Below, one piece after another: positions 38,349 through 47,189 of a stretch of 64,000 nucleotides of DNA. Positions within the stretch are counted from its first letter, which is position 1; each line of letters begins with the position of its first letter. The notes under the pieces were generated by a model that had not been told where the DNA came from, ran no database searches, and saw nothing but the letters and a program-made list of their open reading frames with translations. Origin of the DNA: an uncultured Clostridium sp. (GTDB taxonomy: Bacteria; Bacillota_I; Bacilli_A; RF39; UBA660); contig CABUQZ010000005.1 of NCBI GenBank assembly GCA_902493795.1, positions 384 through 64,383 of the forward strand, given 5' to 3'. The position numbers and the translations under genes were made by a program.

Positions 38349-38383
38349 AAAACAAAAAATCAATTCCATTTCTAGAATTGATT
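38349..38383 (-). terminator. Rho-independent terminator after the tRNA pair
   Basis: The minus strand reads AATCAATTC-TAGAAATG-GAATTGATT followed by TTTTTGTTTT. Confidence 0.65.
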
Positions 38384-38428
38384 CTTATCGTTAAGCTCTT
38401 ACTATGAAAGTTCGAGCAAATTCTTCTA

Positions 38429-38513
38429 TGGTGCGGGTGACAGGAGTTGAACCTGCAAGCCGTGAGGCGCTAGATCCTAAGTCTAGTGCGTCTGCCAATT
38501 CCGCCACACCCGC
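38429..38513 (-). tRNA. tRNA-Leu (anticodon UAG), CCA encoded
   Basis: The reverse complement folds by eye. Acceptor GCGGGTG/CACCCGC. Anticodon arm CTAGA-CTTAGGA-TCTAG. It has a long variable arm, a T arm CAGG-TTCAACT-CCTG, and a 3' ACCA. Confidence 0.9.
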
Positions 38514-38520
38514 ATATTAG

Positions 38521-38597
38521 TGGTGGACCCTATAGGACTCGAACCTATGACCGCCCGGTTATGAGCCGGATGCTCTAACCAACTGAGCTAAGGGTCC
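38521..38597 (-). tRNA. Elongator-type tRNA with a CAU anticodon (Met, or Ile2 if lysidine-modified), CCA encoded
   Basis: The sequence is GGACCCTTAGCTCAGTTGGTTAGAGCATCCGGCTCATAACCGGGCGGTCATAGGTTCGAGTCCTATAGGGTCCACCA. G1-C72 is paired, so it is not an initiator. C4, C5 and A37 are compatible with tRNA-Ile2. Confidence 0.9.
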
Positions 38598-38610
38598 ATC
38601 AACACTAATA

Positions 38611-38639
38611 ATAATAGCACATTTAAAGTAACGTTGCAA
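38611..38639 (-). promoter_or_regulatory. Sigma-A-type promoter for the tRNA pair
   Basis: The minus strand reads TTGCAA, a 17-nt spacer, then TATTAT. It ends 13 nt before the first tRNA. Confidence 0.5.
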
Positions 38640-38717
38640 GATTTTTTTTACTTTTTACTTTATTTTTTTTAGTTAATTGTATAGAATAAATGTTATAATT
38701 TATTTAGAGGTGATTTT

Positions 38718-39650
38718 ATGGCCAAAAATAATAGTAATAATTGTGTAGTACTTCGTGTAAATGAGAAAACAAAAGAAAAAATGATTAAATATTATGAAGA
38801 TAAAAAACGTGATAAGGTAATACCCTATGTTGTATTTCAAGCACAAGATAATGATACAGTAATAACTTTATATGAATCAGGAAAAGTTATGTTTCAAGGA
38901 ACAAGTGCAGATATAGATGCAAATATGTGGATGGATATAGATGGAGCATCAAAGATTGATAAGGTTAAAGTTAAAAAAGAAGAAAAAAAATATTATGAAT
39001 GTTCATCTATCGGATCAGACGAAGTTGGAACTGGAGATTACTTTGGCCCTATCGTCGTAACGAGTTGCTATGTAAATAAAGAAGATATTCCGTTTGTAGA
39101 AAGTCTAGGTATAAGAGATTCAAAAAAACTAGATGATTCTAAAATATTAAAAATAGCTAAAGAAGTTATTAAAAAAGTTAAATATAAAAGTTTAATTATG
39201 AATAACACAGAATATAATGCAAAATATAGTAATAGTTATAATATAAACAAAATAAAAGCTATAATGCATAATAAGGTTTTATGGAGAATGGTACACGAAG
39301 AAAACCTTGAATATGACTATATTATAGTAGATGAATTCGCACGTGAAGCTAGATACTATGAATATTTAAATGGTAACCCAGAAATTCAAAAAGGAATAAC
39401 ATTTATAACGAAAGCAGAAGATAAAAATCCAGCAGTTGCTTGTGCATCAGTAATAAGTAGATATATATTTTTAAAAGAGTTTGATAAAATCTGTGATGAA
39501 ATACATATTCCCTTAGTAAAAGGTGCTGGAAAAGAAGTTGACGAAATAGGAAAAGAAGTTGTTGAAACTTATGGAAAAGAAAAATTAAAAGAAATAGCAA
39601 AATACAACTTTAAAAATACAGAAAGAATACTTGAAAATAAGATAATATAA
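38718..39650 (+). CDS. rnhC: Ribonuclease HIII
   Basis: An N-terminal TBP-like domain, then IGSDEVGTGDYFGPIVV, IRDSKKL, IVDEFA and ASVISRY. Confidence 0.9.
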   Translation: MAKNNSNNCVVLRVNEKTKEKMIKYYEDKKRDKVIPYVVFQAQDNDTVITLYESGKVMFQGTSADIDANMWMDIDGASKIDKVKVKKEEKKYYECSSIGSDEVGTGDYFGPIVVTSCYVNKEDIPFVESLGIRDSKKLDDSKILKIAKEVIKKVKYKSLIMNNTEYNAKYSNSYNINKIKAIMHNKVLWRMVHEENLEYDYIIVDEFAREARYYEYLNGNPEIQKGITFITKAEDKNPAVACASVISRYIFLKEFDKICDEIHIPLVKGAGKEVDEIGKEVVETYGKEKLKEIAKYNFKNTERILENKII

Positions 39651-39651
39651 A

Positions 39652-39678
39652 AAAAGGTTTTATAAAAAACCTTTTTTT
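39652..39678. terminator. Bidirectional rho-independent terminator between convergent genes
   Basis: AAAAGGTTTT-ATAA-AAAACCTTTT is a perfect 10-bp stem flanked by A-runs and T-runs on both sides. Confidence 0.6.
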
Positions 39679-40870
39679 AATGCTTTGTAACGCTTTTAAA
39701 TACAAACATTTGAGTCTCTGGATCGACTCTAAATTCATAAGTAAGATCATATCTTGTATGATCACCGTTATATGTAGAAACAATAAACAAATTTTCGTCA
39801 ATTTTATATGCTTCTTTAATCTCTTCAAAAATATCAGGACTGCAAATGTTACTACATTCACCACTATTATAAAGGTAATACGTTACAGTATCACTTTCAT
39901 ATTTCATTAATCTACATGTAGGAGGTAAACTTCCACCAATTCCAAATGACTCATGAATAACAACACTATCACTACCAAAAAGTTCTTTATATTTAGCTTC
40001 CAGTACACTTGCTGTTACTGCCTTTGTAGTGTTTTTTCTTTCTGCTTCTCTAAACTTATCAATATTATTACTATCAAAAGCTACCTGCATCTCTTGTGTC
40101 ATACTTTCTCCACAATATTCAGGATTCATATTACAACTAGAATTTGAACAAGGAACATTAATAAAATCCTTAACATCAATATTTTCATATGCTAATCTAA
40201 GTCTAGTCAAATTATCATTATTTAATAAATCAGGATTATAAAGACAATTATTACTTATTTTAAATTTGCTGAACATGCTAACAACTTCTACACTATTAAC
40301 ATCAACAGCTACTTTATTTACTTCTGGTTTACTAGGCTTATCATCTTTAACACTGGTAGCAGGTTCTTTTTCCTTATTAGAAAAGATCATTCCTTTAGAA
40401 TATGCAAATACTAAAGCAACTACAGCAATAACTGCAACTGAAATAATTATAACAGAATTATTAATCTTCTTTTTATTATCAGATGGATTTTCTGTCGTGT
40501 CTTTACTTTTTATTGAATCATCAACTTCAATATTTCTATCCTGAGAATCCGTTTGATTAGAAGGTTCTTTTGTTTTCTCTGGTAAAACAACTTTTGGAAC
40601 ATGCTCTTCATTCTGAGGCAAAGTTACCTTTGGAACATTAGACATATTTGGAGGTAAAACAACCTTTGGAACATGCTCTTCATTCTGAGGCAAAGTTACC
40701 TTTGGAACATATTTTACATTTGGAGGTAATGTTACCTTAGGAACATGATTCGCATTAGGAGGTAAAGTTACCTTTGGAATATGATTCTCAACAGGTGGTG
40801 TCACCTTAGGAGTATCATCTAAACTTTCTACCTTCACTTTATTGTCATTATCCATTATATTATCACCCAT
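39677..40870 (-). CDS. Membrane-anchored protein with an N-terminal proline-rich 12-aa tandem repeat and an unknown extracytoplasmic Cys-rich domain
   Basis: Repeats are of the form xHVPKVTLPPNx. One TM helix is present (VIIISVAVIAVVALVFAY). The C-terminal ~220 aa contain 8 Cys. Confidence 0.7.
   Translation of the reverse strand: MGDNIMDNDNKVKVESLDDTPKVTPPVENHIPKVTLPPNANHVPKVTLPPNVKYVPKVTLPQNEEHVPKVVLPPNMSNVPKVTLPQNEEHVPKVVLPEKTKEPSNQTDSQDRNIEVDDSIKSKDTTENPSDNKKKINNSVIIISVAVIAVVALVFAYSKGMIFSNKEKEPATSVKDDKPSKPEVNKVAVDVNSVEVVSMFSKFKISNNCLYNPDLLNNDNLTRLRLAYENIDVKDFINVPCSNSSCNMNPEYCGESMTQEMQVAFDSNNIDKFREAERKNTTKAVTASVLEAKYKELFGSDSVVIHESFGIGGSLPPTCRLMKYESDTVTYYLYNSGECSNICSPDIFEEIKEAYKIDENLFIVSTYNGDHTRYDLTYEFRVDPETQMFVFKSVTKH
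40575..40815 (-). repeat. Coding tandem repeat (36-nt unit, about 7 copies), including a near-identical 58-nt copy repeated at a 72-nt spacing
   Basis: 40581-40638 and 40653-40710 differ at a single base. They encode NEEHVPKVVLP...VPKVTLPQ units. Confidence 0.85.
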
Positions 40871-41011
40871 CTATTCTATATTTATAATAATATAATTATG
40901 TCTAAAAATAAATAAATATAAAAAATTAAATTTTAATATTTACACAAATATACAAACAAAAAGTAAGAAAAATATTTTAAAAAATTTAGAGAATTATATA
41001 TTCTTCAAAAG

Positions 41012-41040
41012 AAAAAAAGTACTATATTTCTATAGTACTT
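41012..41040 (-). terminator. Rho-independent terminator after the SPFH gene
   Basis: The minus strand reads AAGTACTATA-GAAA-TATAGTACTT followed by TTTTTT. Confidence 0.65.
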
Positions 41041-41049
41041 TAATAAAAA

Positions 41050-42297
41050 TTAACCTTCAACTTTTGTACCACATTCAGTACAGAATTTTCCAGTAACTTC
41101 TGCTCCACACTTAGAACATTTCTTTGGTCCTTCAACTACAGGAGCCGGTTTTGGTTCACCACATTCAGAACAGAATTTTCCAGTAATCATTGTTCCACAT
41201 TTAGGACAAGGAACTCCTTCTACTTTCTTTTCTTCATGACTTACTGCAGCAACACCTTCAGCTTTTTCTTCATTTTTTGCGAATGGATCAACAGCAGTAG
41301 TAGCACTAACACCTTTATTTGCAAATGCTCCTTGAGCTGCTCCTCCAACCATTCCACCACTTGCCATATTCATCATACCAACACCATAGATACCAGTTGC
41401 TGCTCCATTAGGGTTGTTAGCGGCATCTTGTACTGCATTTGAATAAGCACCAACAAGTGTTCCTTGTTGCATATATGAATTTGAAGAAAGTTCATAGTTA
41501 TCAATCTTCTTAGTAGATTCATCATCAAGACTAACTGATTCAACAGCAAATCCAACAAGTTGAATTCCTCTCTCACGAATTGGAGCATCAAAGACTTTTT
41601 CATCCATTGTGCTCTTAATTTCATCAGTATTACTTGGTAACTCTAAAACTGGAATCTTATGAGCACTAGTTCCTAATTCATTTAATACATTTTGGAATGA
41701 AGCAATAACTTCACTTCTCATTTGCTCAATTAATTCATCTTTAGTAACAACATCAGCAGTTCCAGCATGATTTCTCATAAATACTGCAGGATCACTAATT
41801 TTAAATGTATATTTTCCATGACATCTAACTTGAACTCTTAATGGAGTCATAGTACCTGTCATTTGGTTTGGAATTGGATGTGACCAATCTTGAAAAGGAA
41901 TTGGAGTACCTGTTCCAAATTTATTATCTTTGATTTCTTTTATATTGAAATAAAAAACTGCTTGTTCTTTATTTGGTGTTCCACCATAAGTGAAACGAGT
42001 CCACATTTCTTTAAATACATCACCAAATTGACCAGCAAAGAAAGATGGTGAAGTTGATTGATCAAAATTATATGCTCCTTCTTCTGCTGTAGCATCAAGA
42101 ATAGAACCAGAATCATAAATAACAGCAACTTGTCCTGGTGCTACTATAATTCTACTATCTTTTGATATTTGACCACTTTTAGTAGTCTTCTTAACCATAA
42201 GGGTATCATTACCCATATCCTCACAGCTAATGAGATCCTTCCATTGATCTCCTAATGTTCCACCTACTGCTCCAATAGCAGCTTTAATTAATCCCAT
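41050..42297 (-). CDS. SPFH/band-7-like protein (COG4260, 'virion core protein-like') with two C-terminal zinc ribbons
   Basis: The N-terminus is MGLIKAAIGAVGGTLGDQWKDLISCEDMGNDTLMVKK...IIVAPGQVAVIYDSG. The C-terminus has CPKCGTMITGKFCSECG and CSKCGAEVTGKFCTECG. Confidence 0.7.
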   Translation of the reverse strand: MGLIKAAIGAVGGTLGDQWKDLISCEDMGNDTLMVKKTTKSGQISKDSRIIVAPGQVAVIYDSGSILDATAEEGAYNFDQSTSPSFFAGQFGDVFKEMWTRFTYGGTPNKEQAVFYFNIKEIKDNKFGTGTPIPFQDWSHPIPNQMTGTMTPLRVQVRCHGKYTFKISDPAVFMRNHAGTADVVTKDELIEQMRSEVIASFQNVLNELGTSAHKIPVLELPSNTDEIKSTMDEKVFDAPIRERGIQLVGFAVESVSLDDESTKKIDNYELSSNSYMQQGTLVGAYSNAVQDAANNPNGAATGIYGVGMMNMASGGMVGGAAQGAFANKGVSATTAVDPFAKNEEKAEGVAAVSHEEKKVEGVPCPKCGTMITGKFCSECGEPKPAPVVEGPKKCSKCGAEVTGKFCTECGTKVEG

Positions 42298-42307
42298 AAT
42301 TTTCCTC

Positions 42308-43057
42308 CTAATTATCTTTACATTCTATTAACTTCCAACATTTAAGTAGATCTACTACTTGAATATTTAGACCAGTTTTGCAATAAGAACAAGTCTTATT
42401 TTTTAGTGACTTAATAACTGCCCCACAATTAGGACAATTAAGTCCATATACATTGATATCTTTTTCATAAGAATCACTATCAACTATATATACAAATTTA
42501 GTAATATATCTAACTTGTTTCTTCTTTTTCTTAACACTATCTTTCTTCTCACCATTTACTACTTTATCATAGTAATATTCAAGTGAACTAGTAAATGTAA
42601 GAGTAGCTACACCACCACTATATTTATAGTCCTTTATAGCGTGTTTATGAAATTTTATATCATCATACGAATACATTATATCACTATTTATCAAATCTTC
42701 CAATTGTAACTTTAATTTTTTATTTATTAAATTAAAATCTTTGTCTTCTAAAATACTTATATCTTTATTTTCTATGGCATTTAATATACTTCTTATACTC
42801 TTTTCAACCAAAAGATACATTTGATTTATATTAAAATCTGGAAAATCCTTTAGAATTTGTTCTAAATAAAGAGGTGTCATACCACTAACCTGTTTTGGTT
42901 CATCATCTTCAAGCTCCTCTATTTCTTTTTTTAAACTCCCAAGAGATGCACCTTTAAAACCAAACTTTCTAAGTTTTATAACTATAAAGATATAAATAAC
43001 TACAAGTAATACTATTACACCAAATATTACTCCTAAAAATCCATATACAAATCCCAT
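42308..43057 (-). CDS. Single-pass membrane protein with a C-terminal CxxC...CxxC zinc ribbon
   Basis: TM helix FVYGFLGVIFGVIVLLVVIYIFIVI, plus CPNCGAVIKSLKNKTCSYCKTG. It starts 1 nt after the upstream stop. Confidence 0.55.
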   Translation of the reverse strand: MGFVYGFLGVIFGVIVLLVVIYIFIVIKLRKFGFKGASLGSLKKEIEELEDDEPKQVSGMTPLYLEQILKDFPDFNINQMYLLVEKSIRSILNAIENKDISILEDKDFNLINKKLKLQLEDLINSDIMYSYDDIKFHKHAIKDYKYSGGVATLTFTSSLEYYYDKVVNGEKKDSVKKKKKQVRYITKFVYIVDSDSYEKDINVYGLNCPNCGAVIKSLKNKTCSYCKTGLNIQVVDLLKCWKLIECKDN

Positions 43058-43058
43058 C

Positions 43059-44039
43059 TTATTTTAGCACATAAGGATTTCCCAATGTACCATTACCTCC
43101 ACTTATTACACTATTTCTATTTAAAATAATTACTGGATAAACTTTATTTGATGTATTAGTCTTCGCTTGTTTTAAGGAAGCAGAAGAATCTAAGTAATAT
43201 GCATAGCCAGTACTTTGTTCTGCATTAATATTATAAGTCCATCCAGCATATGCTGATAACCAACTAGTGCAGCCAGATGCAGTAAGCATACCATTTTTGC
43301 AACTAGTAGAATTAGTGGCTTTCATATAATCTGTAATTGATGGTAACCCAACTTGGGCATATAACTGTGTTTCACTTTCCTCAAGAGATGTATATTCATT
43401 AATAGAAAGAGAACCAGCACTTGCTGATGGATAAACCATAACAGGTATCCACATACCACTCTGAACTTTAGAAACGTCAACAATTCCTGATAAATAATCA
43501 TTGTTTAAATAAGTATATAACGTTGAAGATCCCCACATATCTTGAGATCCTTCATCCCATAAAAGACTAAAATTAGCAGAGCTATCTAACAATCTTAAAG
43601 TACCATCAGGTTCAACACTAATAATTCTCCAAATTTTACCAGAATATTCTAAATAGTTATCAGCACTTGCACCAGCATAAATGTATCTCTTATCTACATA
43701 AGGATCTTTAATTAATCCTCCAGTTCCTTCTTTTGATTTCAAAGTTTCTGAAATGATAATTCCTGGAGTTGAAGAAGAAACATCTGTTATTCCGAGACAG
43801 TTATCATATGCACTTCTTTTACTATCACAAGACCCAGTTGATGAAGAATAACAGTTTTCAAGTTCAACTTCTGCAGTAACACATTCATTTAGCTTCATAA
43901 GTATTGCTTCTCCATAATAATATGTAGAATCAATAGATGATTTTTGGATACTTAAAATAGCATATAATACAACAGTTACTAATGCCAAAGTACCATATAA
44001 CATTGTAGAAAACGCAAACCCCTTATTATTTAGTTTCAT
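43059..44039 (-). CDS. Pilin-like (class III signal-peptide-like) secreted or membrane protein with a Cys-rich beta domain
   Basis: MKLNNKG/FAFSTMLYGTLALVTVVLYAIL resembles a prepilin leader plus hydrophobic helix, but has Thr rather than Glu at +5. The segment NYLEYSGKIWRIISVEPDGTLRLL is of a type I have seen in Firmicute pseudopilin-like proteins. The start is set to the ATG after AGGTGA. Confidence 0.5.
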   Translation of the reverse strand: MKLNNKGFAFSTMLYGTLALVTVVLYAILSIQKSSIDSTYYYGEAILMKLNECVTAEVELENCYSSSTGSCDSKRSAYDNCLGITDVSSSTPGIIISETLKSKEGTGGLIKDPYVDKRYIYAGASADNYLEYSGKIWRIISVEPDGTLRLLDSSANFSLLWDEGSQDMWGSSTLYTYLNNDYLSGIVDVSKVQSGMWIPVMVYPSASAGSLSINEYTSLEESETQLYAQVGLPSITDYMKATNSTSCKNGMLTASGCTSWLSAYAGWTYNINAEQSTGYAYYLDSSASLKQAKTNTSNKVYPVIILNRNSVISGGNGTLGNPYVLK

Positions 44040-44071
44040 ACTATCACCTATTATCAATTATACAATGTATT

Positions 44072-44635
44072 CTATAATTTATCAAAGATATTTTTATATA
44101 TTATGATATATTTATTACCATATTTTTTTTCTTTTATTTTTTCTAAATAATCAATATCTAAATATAAATCATCAACTTCACACACAATAAGTCCATTTTC
44201 ATTAAGTAATCCATTGTCATAAATATATTTAACAACTTCATTCAAGATATTTTTTTTATATGGAGGATCAAGAAAAATTAAATCAAACTTTACACTATTT
44301 TCCTTAAAATACTGCAAAGCTTTCTTATAATCCATATTTAATACTTTAGAACTATCTTTTTCCTTAATTTCTTCAAGAACTTTACTAATTAGGGTTGTAC
44401 ACTTTTTGTTTAAATCATTAAAATAACAAAATTTTGCTCCATTACTTAAAGCTTCAATTCCCAAGTTACCTGTTCCAGAAAACAAATCCAAAACAAATGA
44501 CTCTCTAACATAATCTTGAATCATAGCAAACAAAGATTCTTTAACTCTATCCATAGTAGGTCTTGTGCCAAGAATATCATAACCTTTTATAACTTTCCCT
44601 TTGTGTTTACCACTTATTATTTTCAAAACAATCAA
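44072..44635 (-). CDS. rsmD: 16S rRNA (guanine966-N2)-methyltransferase RsmD
   Basis: TRPTMDRVKESLF, DLFSGTGNLGIEALSNGA and FLDPPY. The start may be the second TTG, at 44626. Confidence 0.85.
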   Translation of the reverse strand: MIVLKIISGKHKGKVIKGYDILGTRPTMDRVKESLFAMIQDYVRESFVLDLFSGTGNLGIEALSNGAKFCYFNDLNKKCTTLISKVLEEIKEKDSSKVLNMDYKKALQYFKENSVKFDLIFLDPPYKKNILNEVVKYIYDNGLLNENGLIVCEVDDLYLDIDYLEKIKEKKYGNKYIIIYKNIFDKL

Positions 44636-44922
44636 CTCTTTTCTATGAGAGAGCTAAGCTCTTTATTAATTAATTGAATAGTAAAATACCACTCTTTTTC
44701 TAAACTTTTGTATTCTTTAAAATCATTATTATCAAGTATTTCTTTTTTTAAAGATAAATAATCTGTATCGTATTCCTTCTTATTTTTTAATTCATTTATT
44801 TTACTAATAAGTTCTTTATTATTTTCTATTTTTCTTTCTAGTTCTTTCATTCTAATAAAACTAGAATCATTTTTAATTAAAGAAGTTATCTCATCTAATT
44901 TATTTATTATTTCTATGTCCAT
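44632..44922 (-). CDS. YlbF/YmcA-family-like helical protein
   Basis: A 96-aa all-helical pattern (LDEITSLIKNDSSFIRMKELERKIENNKEL...). Its position upstream of rsmD matches ylbF in B. subtilis. Confidence 0.45.
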   Translation of the reverse strand: MDIEIINKLDEITSLIKNDSSFIRMKELERKIENNKELISKINELKNKKEYDTDYLSLKKEILDNNDFKEYKSLEKEWYFTIQLINKELSSLIEKS

Positions 44923-47152
44923 ATGAATTCCTTATTGTATTTATAATGTTTTCAATATCTTTTTCCTTTTCGTCATATAAATCAATTCTAAATGAAGTTA
45001 ACCCCCATTCGATATAAGAAGAAATAGAATCAAGTAAATCTACGTTTTTTGAATCTAATATATGTGTTAGATGTTTTTCGTTTACAATTGGATAAATATT
45101 GTCATTTGAATCTTTAAAAGCATACTTATTGTGATCGCATAAAGAACACTTTAGATTATTATCATTAATAATCATATTGATAGGGCAATACTTAGATACC
45201 ATTAATTCTACTCTTCCATAGACAAACAAAGTAACATCAGCAAAAGAAGCAAAATCTTTTATTTTTTCGAAAGATAGTTCAACTGATAAGGTAACATTTT
45301 TTACCCCTAATTCTTTTAATTTATCAATTGTATAAGAATTAACTACATTTAAAAAGTAATCACTATCGACATTATTATTTTTAGAGTATTTACAAATAGC
45401 ACCAAGCTCTGTTGCTAACAAGTTTTCATTGTTAAATGCTATAACATCATCACTAACTCTTTTAGTTCTAAAGTAAACATTATTATCTTTATATTTTAAG
45501 TATAACTTATAATCAGTTACATATATTTTATCTACTTTATTTAAAATTGCAGCTTTTAATTGTTCCTCATTTCTTACAAGAATCGAAATAGAAAGTTTTG
45601 ATTTATTTTCTTTTATAAATGATTTTTTATAGCCATCTCTTTTAACATTTTCACAAACTGCTCTTTTTTTTCTTTTTTGAGTAAGTTCTTCTGTTAACTC
45701 TCTTCTTAATTCATTTAATTCCTTAATTGGTACAAAAACATTATCATCCATTAAAATATTAGTATCATTACTAATAAAAGGAGTATTACCAAGCTTTTCA
45801 ATTTGTGTTTTTATTCTTTCATAAGAAGTTGGAGCACTTTTTGCTTGTTCGACAACACTACCACACAATGTAACTGTATCTTTATAATCAGTTATAGAAA
45901 GTTCAAGAAATTTTCCAGCAAAAGCTTTACAATTTATCTCTATAGGAACCTTTCTTTCTGCAGTTTTATTAATAAAGTCACAAAGATTTTTATCGATTGT
46001 CTTTCTAACTTCTAAGCCTTTTTTAAGACCAATTTTATTATCAAGAACAGCAATGTTTCCCTTTTCAACATGACTAACAAGTAAACCTTTTTCATTGTAT
46101 AGCATATTTACTATCATACCTTCATTATTGTCAAATCTAATACCATCTTCTTGATTTAAGGAAGCATCTAACTTAATATATATTTTTTTGTTATCAACTT
46201 TTACTATCTTACCAAGATGGACACCAATATGATTTGAAGTTTTAATATTCATTAAAGTCTTACCATACTTATTAAATAAATATCCATTAGTTAACTCACG
46301 ATTATAAAGTTTTTTAATGTTATTAATTTCTTCATCGCTTATTTCAAATTTCTTATTTTTATAGTATTCATCTATTTTTTCTCTATATATTCTTGTGATA
46401 TACCCAACGTATTCTTTACTTTTCATTCTTCCTTCAATTTTTAAAGAAGTGACACCTGATTCTATAATTTCTCCAATTTTATCAAGTGTACACAAAGATT
46501 TAGTACTTAGTAAATATTTTCCTTCTGTTTTTACCTTTTTATCGTTTTCTAAAAACTCATAAGGAAGTCTACAAGAACCTACGCACTCTCCACGGTTACC
46601 ACTTCTTCCACCATGCATTGCACTAAACAAACAGCATCCAGAATAACTAACACATAAAGCACCATGAATAAATATTTCTTTTTCAATATCTGTTTTAAGA
46701 TTTTTTATATCATCTAAACTCATTTCCCTTGCAAGCACTACTCTTTTAATTCCTAAATCTTTAAAAAAAGTTAGCCCTGAGTCATTATGATTATGTGCTT
46801 GTGTTGAAGCATGTATTTCTAAATTAGGAAACATTTTTCTAGCAAGAGAAATAAGTCCTAAATCCTGCATAATTAAAGCATCAACATGATTATCGTATAA
46901 AAATTCAATATACTTAATAGCTTCATCAAGTTCATCTTCATAACACAATGTATTAACTGTTACATAAACTTTAACACCATATAAATGAGAATATTCGATA
47001 GCTTCAATCATTTCATCATAAGAAAAATTAGCAGCAAACTTTCTTGCCCCAAATTTCTTACCACCTATATATACTGCATCTGCTCCATTTTGTACTGCAG
47101 CAACAAGACATTCCATATTGCCAGCAGGACTTAAAAGTTCAACCTTTTTCAT
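44900..47152 (-). CDS. Peptidase U32 family protein (long form, 750 aa)
   Basis: VELLSPAGNMECLVAAVQNGADAVYIGGKKFGAR...IHASTQ...SGNRGECVGSCRLPY. Confidence 0.85.
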   Translation of the reverse strand: MKKVELLSPAGNMECLVAAVQNGADAVYIGGKKFGARKFAANFSYDEMIEAIEYSHLYGVKVYVTVNTLCYEDELDEAIKYIEFLYDNHVDALIMQDLGLISLARKMFPNLEIHASTQAHNHNDSGLTFFKDLGIKRVVLAREMSLDDIKNLKTDIEKEIFIHGALCVSYSGCCLFSAMHGGRSGNRGECVGSCRLPYEFLENDKKVKTEGKYLLSTKSLCTLDKIGEIIESGVTSLKIEGRMKSKEYVGYITRIYREKIDEYYKNKKFEISDEEINNIKKLYNRELTNGYLFNKYGKTLMNIKTSNHIGVHLGKIVKVDNKKIYIKLDASLNQEDGIRFDNNEGMIVNMLYNEKGLLVSHVEKGNIAVLDNKIGLKKGLEVRKTIDKNLCDFINKTAERKVPIEINCKAFAGKFLELSITDYKDTVTLCGSVVEQAKSAPTSYERIKTQIEKLGNTPFISNDTNILMDDNVFVPIKELNELRRELTEELTQKRKKRAVCENVKRDGYKKSFIKENKSKLSISILVRNEEQLKAAILNKVDKIYVTDYKLYLKYKDNNVYFRTKRVSDDVIAFNNENLLATELGAICKYSKNNNVDSDYFLNVVNSYTIDKLKELGVKNVTLSVELSFEKIKDFASFADVTLFVYGRVELMVSKYCPINMIINDNNLKCSLCDHNKYAFKDSNDNIYPIVNEKHLTHILDSKNVDLLDSISSYIEWGLTSFRIDLYDEKEKDIENIINTIRNSYGHRNNK

Positions 47153-47189
47153 AAAATCACCAAAAGTATTATATCACAGAAAACAGAAA

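Noticed and set aside
33491-38383. Calling the tRNA-adjacent islet a mobile element.
   Set aside because: No integrase, transposase, IS ends or direct repeat of the tRNA 3' end could be identified by eye. It is reported only as a finding, not as a mobile_element feature.
40575-40815. A tandem repeat that might at first glance suggest a CRISPR-like or satellite array.
   Set aside because: The repeats are contiguous with no unique spacers. They are in frame and encode a proline-rich peptide repeat inside a long ORF. I saw no CRISPR array anywhere in the window.
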